NCBI GenBank assembly: GCA_965214095.1
Contig: OZ243938.1
Span: 4,640,001 to 4,704,000 of the forward strand
From: Candidatus Poribacteria bacterium
Lineage (GTDB): Bacteria; Poribacteria; WGA-4E; WGA-3G
Direction of reading: 5' to 3'
Length of the DNA stretch: 64,000 nucleotides
Within the stretch, counting starts at the first letter, position 1. The number at the start of each line of letters is the position of its first letter. The position numbers and the translations under genes were made by a program. The notes under the pieces were generated by a model. That model had not been told where the DNA came from. It saw only the letters and a list, made by a program, of their open reading frames with translations, and searched no databases. Below, piece after piece: positions 29,465-38,865 of this stretch.

Positions 29465-29596
29465 TTATGAATAATTACATCCTTTATTCCATGCTGTACA
29501 AACAGCAAAACCAAAAAGCGTAAACGGCATCTTCCATAGAAGAAAACTCATGAGTATATAAACATGAGAGTGTGCCTTGAAGTTAATAAATCATGA
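29465..29596 (-). pseudogene. Remnant 3' end of a paralogue of 28066-29442
   Basis: Translates S*FINFKAHSHVYILMSFLLWKMPFTLFGFAV, versus SWFVIFKAHSYIHTHMSFLLWQMPFTLFGFAL in the intact gene. Confidence 0.8.
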
Positions 29597-29764
29597 GATG
29601 TGTGTTCTTTGATTGATTCATACGATTAGATAGTCTATTCAACATATAATGTAGACTTGATATGATACAATAGGTGAATGACAGTATTGAATTACTGTAA
29701 GGACATATAAAATAGAAGTTTGAAGAGCCAAACACAGTATTTTAATTTATGAATAGAGATTTCT

Positions 29765-31834
29765 TCACCATTGATTTGCTGGAGCCATCTTCCAACCCGT
29801 TACATCGGCCTTAATATCCCCACCTTTACTGAATAGGCATATTCCAACATCTTCAGGATTATGTATTTTTCTGTCTACTACTGCTTGACGTTCATTGATA
29901 AAAACTTCCACAAGCGGTCTGTCAAGAAATATACGTAAGTTTAAATCCTCTCCCTTTAGCAATTCAAACGGTGCCTCACCGTAAGGTTGAGAACTGCCAT
30001 ACGGTTTTATCTCATCATTCCCATCTCCCACCGAAACAATCATCTTATCAGCAGAATAGAATATCTCAATCCCCTTTTTGTTGTCTTTGTCGCAGAATAC
30101 TTTTACACCGTAGTCAATTGCATCAGTAGGTTTGATTGTGACACTGAGTTCAAGCGTATCACCTGAGATGTTCTTCAGTTTATATTCTTCACCGTTTTTA
30201 ACTGTAATGTTGTTCTCAACTGTTTGGTTATAGCGGAGACATTCAAGCTCTCGTACTGGTTTAATTCGGACAATCCCGTCATCAGGAAGACTCAACTCCC
30301 AAGGCAATGAGAAAACACAACTCCATAAAGTGTTACCAAGGTTAGACAGTAGGTTGGTAATAACAACTCTACGTCCATCTGGTGTTAGAAAAGTCTTCGG
30401 TGCCCAATAGATAGGTATGCCACGATAATTGTTACGCCAACTCATTCTGGTATGATATTCGGGTGTGAACTTGTCATTTTTCCATTCACCAAGATAGTAT
30501 CGCGCTCCCCAACCATGACTGATAAGTAGCATCATGTGCTTGTTGCCTAGTTTGAAGAAATCGGTACAGGAATGGTCGTGATGTTCAAGTCCAGGTAATT
30601 CCTTTGTCATAAATTGACCGAGAAACTCCCAGTTTTTAAAGTCTTTTGAGCGCATGAGTGTTGTTCTTTTATACCAATTGCCAAATCCTGGACGTGTATC
30701 CTCCATAGCATGGTCACCCGTAAAAATGTAATAGTAATCACCCTCCACCCAAGTCGTTGGATCCCAGAAAGTCCAATACTCAGCATCCCGTGCCTCTTGT
30801 GGCACATCTATCTCAATAGGTTTAGACCAGTTCTCCAAATGCTCATCTGATGCTTCAATGTAAGTTGCGCGTCCACCGAATATGCCAACAAAGATAACTT
30901 TCTTACCATCTTTTGTGATAATCGTGCCACCAGTGCCACAGCCACCAGTGCCCAAGGCACAATCCCTACGCCTTCTCCAATGAACAAGGTCGGTACTAGT
31001 GAAATGACCGAAAGCGTGTTCGTCACCCTTGTACATATAACCGAAATGATACTGCCCTTTCCAATAGATCATAAAGTTCGGATCAAATGGATAGTTTCTT
31101 TCGGAATCTCCATCGGAGTTAACCAGATGATATGTCGGACGACTTGGATCATGCATGAGTCGTTGGCGAAAATCACGAACAATACGAACTGCTTCGTTGT
31201 CCATGGTAAACATGTGTCTATCGTCGCGATCAAAAACTATGTAATCGTCCTCTTCATTCTCCTTCACTGCTGCTCTGTTCACAAACTCAGGAAATTTTCC
31301 TGCACGGTCTTCCCACCATGCATCTTGCGAGAAGTCATACCAACTGAATGGTTGCATATCCGATGATTCATTAGGCTTTAACTTCATAATTTCTTCCTGC
31401 GTTAAAGCTTCTGCATATATTCGGACATCCTTAACTTTTCCCTTGAATGATGTAGCATAGTTAGGATTTAAATTGACACATCCAATTACGAGTTGGAGGT
31501 AGGGACTGTTTAGAAAATCAAAAGGTTCTTCAATAATATAGTCTGCGTACACTTCTCCATCACGATAAACGATAACAGAATTATCCTTGTAGACAGCTGC
31601 CATCATCATGAACTGTCCAAGGATGATTTCTTGTTCTGGATTCTGTGCCAGTTGTTCTGGACTTTGTGTGCGTGTGTTTTCATCACTCGCAGTAGACCAC
31701 TTACCTGGAACGTCATTTCCAAAAGCAAGTGCGTCATATTTGTCTGCTGCTTGCACGGTAATTACGCTACAGTGTTTTGGATCTTCCTCATCAAAACAGA
31801 ACCAACTAACGAGTGTCTTATCTGTTGATGTCAT
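29765..31834 (-). CDS. GH32-family glycoside hydrolase with N-terminal LamG-like domain
   Basis: RPTYH, FDPN, GH.TS.DLVHW, WDP, SCTDFF, SLPWELSL, C-terminal LRIFLDRPLVEVFIN; start inferred at MTSTDK. Confidence 0.8.
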   Translation of the reverse strand: MTSTDKTLVSWFCFDEEDPKHCSVITVQAADKYDALAFGNDVPGKWSTASDENTRTQSPEQLAQNPEQEIILGQFMMMAAVYKDNSVIVYRDGEVYADYIIEEPFDFLNSPYLQLVIGCVNLNPNYATSFKGKVKDVRIYAEALTQEEIMKLKPNESSDMQPFSWYDFSQDAWWEDRAGKFPEFVNRAAVKENEEDDYIVFDRDDRHMFTMDNEAVRIVRDFRQRLMHDPSRPTYHLVNSDGDSERNYPFDPNFMIYWKGQYHFGYMYKGDEHAFGHFTSTDLVHWRRRRDCALGTGGCGTGGTIITKDGKKVIFVGIFGGRATYIEASDEHLENWSKPIEIDVPQEARDAEYWTFWDPTTWVEGDYYYIFTGDHAMEDTRPGFGNWYKRTTLMRSKDFKNWEFLGQFMTKELPGLEHHDHSCTDFFKLGNKHMMLLISHGWGARYYLGEWKNDKFTPEYHTRMSWRNNYRGIPIYWAPKTFLTPDGRRVVITNLLSNLGNTLWSCVFSLPWELSLPDDGIVRIKPVRELECLRYNQTVENNITVKNGEEYKLKNISGDTLELSVTIKPTDAIDYGVKVFCDKDNKKGIEIFYSADKMIVSVGDGNDEIKPYGSSQPYGEAPFELLKGEDLNLRIFLDRPLVEVFINERQAVVDRKIHNPEDVGICLFSKGGDIKADVTGWKMAPANQW

Positions 31835-31921
31835 TGGGACACCTTCCTCTGTGTTATATGTCTGATGCGACAATTGTTGAGGCAGCATGTACGGTGAGTT
31901 CTTTCAGATTAAGAACTACTG

Positions 31922-33659
31922 TCACCGTTTTTCACCAGGTTTTCTAAATTTAGAAGAATAACTATCTCCTTCTGGATCATACGAAACTGTCACTTGTCCA
32001 TCTACTACGACTAATCGCGGTACAGTCCGTTGTCGACCATCACGTTCTGGTCCTCGCATAACAAGCAAATTGTTCCTCGGTCATATCTTCAACCATATCA
32101 CCCCATCGGTCTTGCGGATCAACCACACCACCACCCCAATTTGTATTTTTCGACTGATACTTAATCAGAACACCGCGTCTGGGTATTGAATTTTTCCACT
32201 TTAAGGCACCGTGTGTGCAACCACCATCCATAAAGAAGAGTACATCTCCCGCTTTCATAACAGGTTGTACCACTAACCCCATCGTGTCATCACACGTACG
32301 AATTCCGCGTGGCATAGAATACTGAGTCTTGTGTGAGCCTGGTACACATGCAAACCCGCCTAATCCGGGTTCAACGTCTCGCAACTGCCATGTGATAGTG
32401 ACAGTCTCAGCATAACTGCGTCCGTTTTTAAAATCATAACCACGTGAAGGACTTATCGGTTCATTGCCATCGTGCAGTGAATGACCTGAAGTTCCTTGAA
32501 CTGCACAGAAGACAGTCGCTCCACCTGTGCGATACCCACTTCCCCCCATCCAATTGAGCCGCTGTACTACAGTTGGATGTGCGATCATACGGCGGAATGG
32601 AGCATTATATGGGTCGGGAAGGTCTAACAATCCTGGTAAGAGTGGACGACCCGTGCCAGCTTGACTAACAGAACCTCTTGCCAGTTCATCACCTACGACG
32701 ATACGATCTTGATATTTATCTACTGCCTCATTTGCCTCTGCAAGCCATCTTTCATCCATCACACCACGCACGACCAAATATCCGTTCAGATCCCAAAAGT
32801 AAAATTCTTTCTCATCAATTCCAGAATCCGGATCACGAATATATATGGATGGATGCATGACAGATGTGTCCTCTTCTACCCACGTCTTTTCACCATTAGT
32901 ATTTAACACAGGTGGTGGATTTGAACCTTTAAATCCGGGTCTATACATGACAGCCTTTTGTGCTGGTGTCGCTTCATCTGCCCATTCCGGTAAAGATTCG
33001 GTCTCTGAATGTGGTCCAATTGGATTGGATTGAATTGCCGCACGGGCAATATACGAATATGATAGAAGCTTTTTCGGTTTGTCTTTCCACGGATGAAGAC
33101 CTTGGAGCGTAGGTACAGCAAGTAAAAACAGATCTCCTGCATTCATTGTTGGTTGTTGGACTAATCCCATATCGTCAATTCCGTTCATCAAGTCGTGTGG
33201 GGTTTCAACATTACTCTTATGGCTTGCCTGAACAACAACTAAACCACCGTCGCCTTCTGCGATATCTTCTAATACCCAGATCGCTTTCACTCCTTGACAA
33301 CTTCTTCGTCCGTTCTGTTGACGATATGCTAAGGATGGATTTCGCGGTTCATCTCCACCTACAAGTTTTGTGTTTATTTCACCATCGCTTTGTCCTAACA
33401 ATTGAGGTGCTTGATCCAGTCGGAATCCGTGTCCGATAATCTGATTCAGATACCACACCAATTTTGGATGTACCAATAAGTCTCGGAACAATTCTCGGTA
33501 TGGACTTGTCCCTCCTAATAGCGTATCACTCTCTCCAATAGACTCTAATGCCTCGTTTAGTGCTGCCACTTCATCTTGTGTTAGGACACTTGGAATATGT
33601 AAATATCCTGCCACATCAAAAGCATAGTTTTCTTCATTACTCATAACTTCACTATCCAT
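31922..33659 (-). CDS. Tandem two-domain PhyH-family protein with apparent +1 frameshift near the 3' end (predicted ORF stops at 32040)
   Basis: Two (Y/F).(F/W)D..GYL...V domains. Removing one base near 32063-32069 restores ...VMRGPERDGRQRTVPRL...EKR* ending at 31922. Confidence 0.78.
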
Positions 33660-33794
33660 TTTCCCTCCTGAAAGTGCCGATATTAGCATCTAATAGTTGG
33701 TCATTATATCAATTACAAACTTGACTGTCAATGAATACAACATTTTCGGGTGTTTAGTTCTAATAGATAAGATATCATTGTGCATCGGAATATT

Positions 33795-33897
33795 TATGGT
33801 GAAGCATAGAATTATATCTACACTTTCTATCAGCGGTAGGCGAGGTTTCCTAACCTCGCCTCAGCAATGTGGAGAACTAATTCAATAATTTGCCATA
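33795..33897 (+). mobile_element. 103-bp TA-ended MITE with central REP hairpin (copy 2)
   Basis: TATGGTGAA...TTGCCATA; CGGTAGGCGAGGTTTCCTAACCTCGCC. Confidence 0.78.
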
Positions 33898-33922
33898 GAT
33901 ATTATAGTGGTGTCATTTCTTA

Positions 33923-34077
33923 TTGTCTGAACCAGGATTTTCAAGATTAGTAGATTTGCAGGATTATGAGTTTGGCTCTGCAAAGTTCCTATTCCCAGTT
34001 TGACGTTTATTCTCTGGATGACTCTTTGATGTTTCAGACTCTTATCGTGTAAATCCTGAAAATCCTGGTTCAGACAA
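33923..34077. repeat. Miniature element with 26-bp terminal inverted repeats
   Basis: TTGTCTGAACCAGGATTTTCAAGATT ... AATCCTGAAAATCCTGGTTCAGACAA, with internal 9-bp-like (A/G)GATT periodicity. Confidence 0.75.
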
Positions 34078-34170
34078 AAAGGAATACAAACCCATAACGA
34101 ATTTAACGTTTGTGATTAATATTGAACAAGAATCCTCAGACTAAATAACCCTGTTAATTACATCATATTG

Positions 34171-34199
34171 TTGATTCTTCCATTAGTTTCTGCTATACT
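34171..34199 (+). promoter_or_regulatory. Putative sigma70 promoter for the PspA/AAA cluster
   Basis: TTGATT-N17-TATACT with TG extension. Confidence 0.45.
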
Positions 34200-34285
34200 A
34201 TGCATTGTAAATTAAAAGTTGTATTCATTGGAATGGTATTTCTCTTTACAAACATCTGGTAGTTGTGATAATATATGTGAGGTAA

Positions 34286-35221
34286 TTGTCTAAAAGAATT
34301 CGTAAAGAAACAATAACGACATCAACAAAAAGTAAACAGATAATACGACTGCTTCCACCTAATGACAGTGTATGCAATTTGGTGATAAAGTTGATTGATA
34401 AGAAATTATTTCGTCAGAAATATCTACTTCATCTTATTAGCAATCCATTTACCATTTACCCATTTGCTGCGGGAGTACTTGGAGTTTTTGCTTCATGGGT
34501 TTTCAATTTAGAACCACAGATACTATATTTGTTTGCTGGTGCTGTCGTCGGTCTTGGATTACCAATAGGCGCGTTGATAACGAAGTGGACTTCTGGCACG
34601 GATGACATTGCAAAAAAGGTTCATGAGGAACTTCTTCATGATGCACATCAACAACAGGAAGAGGAACTTAACGCACTTCATCAGCAATTGCTTAAAGATG
34701 GTGACCAAAGAACCGAACAAATGCTTGAAGAACTGCGGATGTTACACGAATCTTTTCAAGAAGAAGCAATGGACACAGGTTGGATGGCTTCTTTGCCACT
34801 TACCGTAAGTGCTGAAATCGCTGGTAAAGTCTCAGATCTTTTCAATCAAGCAGTTCAATGTCTCAAAGACACCTTGAAAATGTACGAGAAGTCAAAAGAT
34901 TCAAAATTGGCAACCGTCAAACGTGTATTACAGCAACACCGAGAACAACAAATCGCTGATGTTCAGCAGACAATAGTACAACTTACAAATCTCTATGCAC
35001 GCGTCATAACAATTAGTCCTGAAAGCAATGAGACAGAACTCTCACGACTCCGCACTGAACTTGATGAAAGTCTCGCATTTGCCAAGAAAGTTGACGAGCA
35101 AATACGAGAATCTACACCAAATATTGATGTTGATTTGTCTAATGTGGAAACTTCAATTGGAGAATCAACAATTACAACGCATCAGAATGTTGAATCTACG
35201 GAAGAAAGCAATTATCAGTGA
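34286..35221 (+). CDS. Hypothetical two-TM membrane protein with cytoplasmic coiled-coil/helical domain (start may be about 34382-34391)
   Basis: Two hydrophobic helices then a Q/E/L-rich helical region; first gene of the PspA/AAA cluster. Confidence 0.7.
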   Translation: MSKRIRKETITTSTKSKQIIRLLPPNDSVCNLVIKLIDKKLFRQKYLLHLISNPFTIYPFAAGVLGVFASWVFNLEPQILYLFAGAVVGLGLPIGALITKWTSGTDDIAKKVHEELLHDAHQQQEEELNALHQQLLKDGDQRTEQMLEELRMLHESFQEEAMDTGWMASLPLTVSAEIAGKVSDLFNQAVQCLKDTLKMYEKSKDSKLATVKRVLQQHREQQIADVQQTIVQLTNLYARVITISPESNETELSRLRTELDESLAFAKKVDEQIRESTPNIDVDLSNVETSIGESTITTHQNVESTEESNYQ

Positions 35222-35264
35222 ATATGATTGATATGAATTCATTTCTTAGCTCTGGAGGGAATCA

Positions 35265-36020
35265 ATGCAAAACGGAATCACTCGGCTATACAATGCAATC
35301 TGGTATACACAAGTTGGACGTGCCCTTGAACAGAAAGATATAGAAAAAGAAAATGCGGAAAATACACAGGATTTGTTTGCTGAAGAGCTCAACAACCGTG
35401 AAGATATTCAACCCAGTAAACGTGGACATAGTCAACTAAGTAAATCTGAAGTTTTACACGATTCCAAAGTTAACAGCAAAACATCCGGGATAGTAACTCA
35501 GAAAATACTCATAGATAATCTGGATGCTGTCCGACAGACTTATGAAGACATAATCAACGATAAAAGGAATAATATTCAACGATACAAACTTGCAATAGGA
35601 CAACTCATTCCTCTTATAGAACAGAAAAAGAACTCACTGAAAAGTATTTTAGATGATATGGATAAGCTTGAGAAGATGAAGAAGGCTGCAACTGCAAAGT
35701 CCAAAAATATTTCCTTAGAACTAAAAGGGTCTGGCTTATCAGACAGGGAGATAGAACAGCATCCAGACTATACACGATGCATCAGTTCATATAATGATTT
35801 CGATTCTACCGTCAAGGAGAAAAACGTTCGTGTGGACGAACTTGAACTGGATATTGAACGTGCACAAGCAGATATTGAACATCATAAATCTAATATCACA
35901 CACCTTCACCGTGATGTAGAAAAGATAAAAACAGAACAATCTGAAGCGATAGCAGACCTTATTACTGCTCGTGAAAAAGAGAAAATTAATGAAGTTTTAT
36001 CGGATATCAAAGTAGATTGA
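35265..36020 (+). CDS. PspA/Vipp1-like coiled-coil protein, variant paralogue (N-terminal insertion, C-terminally shortened)
   Basis: Clear paralogue of 36082-36918 (YEDII.DK..NIQRYK.AIGQLI.L.EQKKNSLK). Confidence 0.62.
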   Translation: MQNGITRLYNAIWYTQVGRALEQKDIEKENAENTQDLFAEELNNREDIQPSKRGHSQLSKSEVLHDSKVNSKTSGIVTQKILIDNLDAVRQTYEDIINDKRNNIQRYKLAIGQLIPLIEQKKNSLKSILDDMDKLEKMKKAATAKSKNISLELKGSGLSDREIEQHPDYTRCISSYNDFDSTVKEKNVRVDELELDIERAQADIEHHKSNITHLHRDVEKIKTEQSEAIADLITAREKEKINEVLSDIKVD

Positions 36021-36081
36021 CATTAAAATCAAGAAATAACAATTATGAATAATCAGTTAATTTCATATAGGAGGATTTACA

Positions 36082-36918
36082 ATGGCAAACGGATTCACCC
36101 GTTTTTTTAAAGCGTTTTGGTATACACTTACTGGTCGTGCTCATGATCAGGCTGACAAATTGATGGAAGACCCTCATGCTATTCGCGGAGCTTATGAGGA
36201 TATTATCCGTGACAAACAAGGTAATATCCAACGATACAAACAAGCAATTGGGCAACTCATTGCACTTGTTGAACAAAAAAAGAACTCACTCAAGGCACTT
36301 ACCGAAGACATAGGCAAACTCGAACAGATGAAGACAGGGGCAATTGCTAAGGCGAAAAGTACGGCTGCAGAATTGCAACAAGCTGGTACGTCAGATGAAG
36401 AGATCAAACAACATCCAGAATATGTCCGGTGTGTTGGCTCATTTAACGATTTTCATTCAACTTTGGAGGAGAAAAACGCGAGAATTTCCGAACTTGAAGA
36501 AGATATTGATAGGGCACAAAATGATATTGAAGCACACAAAGTTCAAATTACTGGGCTGCACCGTGATCTTGATAAAATTAAAACAGAACAATCTGAGGCT
36601 GTTGCTGACCTGATTACTGCCAAGGAACAAGAGGAAATCGCAGATATGTTGTCTGGTATTAGTACGGATGGAACTTCTGCTGAATTGACACGGATGCGTG
36701 AAATTCGTGAAAAAGCAAAAGGACGTGCAGTCGTAGCACAAGAACTCGCTGGTACAGACTCACGTGCAGAAGAAGAGGAATTTCTTGCTGCAGCGAGTAC
36801 TACTGCCGCTTCTGATGAATTTGACTCACTCATCTTTGGAGCACAACAAACCGATACGCCAGCACAAACTGATGAGGCAAAGAGCGAATCACAGAGTGAT
36901 TCAGAACTGCCGTTATAA
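36082..36918 (+). CDS. PspA/IM30 (Vipp1/ESCRT-III superfamily)-like protein
   Basis: N-terminal amphipathic helix MANGFTRFFKAFW, '..DKLMEDP' motif before a long helical hairpin, ELTRMREIREKAKGRA..A.EL helix, acidic tail. Confidence 0.7.
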   Translation: MANGFTRFFKAFWYTLTGRAHDQADKLMEDPHAIRGAYEDIIRDKQGNIQRYKQAIGQLIALVEQKKNSLKALTEDIGKLEQMKTGAIAKAKSTAAELQQAGTSDEEIKQHPEYVRCVGSFNDFHSTLEEKNARISELEEDIDRAQNDIEAHKVQITGLHRDLDKIKTEQSEAVADLITAKEQEEIADMLSGISTDGTSAELTRMREIREKAKGRAVVAQELAGTDSRAEEEEFLAAASTTAASDEFDSLIFGAQQTDTPAQTDEAKSESQSDSELPL

Positions 36919-37036
36919 TTATTTAAAATAAGCTAATTCGTATCTGCGGGTAATTCTGCCTATTCAATACATACTGTATTTGGGGCATAGATACCCGCTT
37001 GATATGTTAATATATCAAATAAAAGCGAGATTGTTA

Positions 37037-38839
37037 ATGAACGTAAACACGTGGCATCAGGATAATACACCGAGTTGTTGGGAAGGGGTTTTAGAAAGGC
37101 TTAAGTCGTTTGAGACGCAGGTACACCACATTAAAGCAGCAAAAAAACGGTCAAAGATACCGTCTCAGATGCTTGATTCTTTCTATCACCTTCACGATAA
37201 CTTGATTGCTGAAACAAGCGATACTTTGCGTTCATATCAAAATACTCAGTCTTTTGACTCTCTACATTCAGTATTGGATAATTCATTTGTTGAGGCAATT
37301 TGGTTATCACTTGACCAATATCCTGAACTTGTCAATCACAAAGATATAGAAAACCTTGACACTGCAGGTTCCAAGATCTTCACACGATTTTCCCCTGATG
37401 CCCCAACGAATGTCGCTGATAGAGAGAAATTAAAATCTAAGATTCAACAGGTTTTTAAATTATCTTCCGATACATTAGAAAGACTGACAAGTAAACTTGG
37501 TAATCGGACTGCACCATTACAACACAGGCATCAAATTATGAGATGTCTACAGACAAGGTTCAATCTGGTATCTGGAAATCCTGAATTGGATAGTGATGTA
37601 CTCAGACTGTTTCAAGAGTTATATCCCACTGCCCCTTTTGATGTCGGGGAAGTAAAACTGATAAAAACTTGCTCCGCACTTTACTTCTGTTTGCCTTCTA
37701 AAGTGAAGGAGATTGACACAGAATCTCCAGGTAATATAAAGTCTAAAGAAACAGATAAATCTCATAATGTAAAGCCAGGTAAAAAATTAGGGTACGCGCA
37801 ATTTCTCAGAAGGATTTGGCAGGTTGAACCTTTCGCACACTTTCCAGTCTTTGGTACATTTAACGCCGAGGAACTTGATCCCAGTTTCCGAACAATGATT
37901 GCTGATGACACAGGCCTATCTATTGATTTGGTAACAACTACACTCACACGGATGATCGGCTTTCTACCCATAGAGGAACTGGATAAGTATCTTATTCATG
38001 ACACTTGGGGACATCAATGGCAAGAGAGTTTGCTTGATTTTGAGGAACTTTATACAGAATTATCACTTTTTAACCGTCCACTATCTGTAATGGAATCTGC
38101 TTCTGTCTTAGGTGAACATACTACATTTGGTGATGCGTTTCTCAAAACTGCTTCGGGGAAAATACAACTGGATCCGGATATTCTTACAAAATTTATAGAT
38201 TCTGAGTTGTATGAACGATCTATTGTCGCATTTACGCCTATTCTGGCAGAAATGTTGGCGGATGTTGTAGAATACAAATTCCTAAAACTACATCCTGAAC
38301 AGGTCAACTTAATGCCAAGTTCGTCCCTACTTAAGGACTATCCGAGCAAACTTGATTTAACGCTTGAGGATCTACACAACTGTTTTGAACGCGCATCTGA
38401 AGCATTTCAGACTTGGGTAGATTCGGATGAAGCCAAAAATAGATTACATAATGAGATATGTGAAAAATTTGATATTCAAGAGAGCGAAAGTAATTACAAA
38501 GAATTGAATGACATTCTTGAAAATGCAGTTGCAATTTGTAAAGAACGACTTGAAAGGTTTTATCAACCTGAATGGTATTGGGAAAAGACTGAAGACAACA
38601 ACTTAAAACTAAATGCATTCAGTTTCGCCGCACTCAACTTTCTCCGTATTCATACCGCTTTCTTACATACTTATCAAAGATTATCACAAATTGAAACTTC
38701 GTATGGGTTTATGGATGCACTTGTTTTGGCAATGGGAACTTTTTTTGAAAAGGAACCGCAACGACATATTTGGCAACTTGACAGTTTTTTGACTGAAGGT
38801 TTTCTACCACGATGGGAAATGTTTGCTCAGGCAAATTGA
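37037..38839 (+). CDS. Conserved-looking hypothetical protein with HDxxGH metal-binding-like motif
   Basis: YLIHDTWGHQWQE and downstream AEMLAD; start inferred at MNVNTW. Confidence 0.6.
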   Translation: MNVNTWHQDNTPSCWEGVLERLKSFETQVHHIKAAKKRSKIPSQMLDSFYHLHDNLIAETSDTLRSYQNTQSFDSLHSVLDNSFVEAIWLSLDQYPELVNHKDIENLDTAGSKIFTRFSPDAPTNVADREKLKSKIQQVFKLSSDTLERLTSKLGNRTAPLQHRHQIMRCLQTRFNLVSGNPELDSDVLRLFQELYPTAPFDVGEVKLIKTCSALYFCLPSKVKEIDTESPGNIKSKETDKSHNVKPGKKLGYAQFLRRIWQVEPFAHFPVFGTFNAEELDPSFRTMIADDTGLSIDLVTTTLTRMIGFLPIEELDKYLIHDTWGHQWQESLLDFEELYTELSLFNRPLSVMESASVLGEHTTFGDAFLKTASGKIQLDPDILTKFIDSELYERSIVAFTPILAEMLADVVEYKFLKLHPEQVNLMPSSSLLKDYPSKLDLTLEDLHNCFERASEAFQTWVDSDEAKNRLHNEICEKFDIQESESNYKELNDILENAVAICKERLERFYQPEWYWEKTEDNNLKLNAFSFAALNFLRIHTAFLHTYQRLSQIETSYGFMDALVLAMGTFFEKEPQRHIWQLDSFLTEGFLPRWEMFAQAN

Positions 38840-38865
38840 AATAAAAGGCTGATCTTTCTTGAAGG

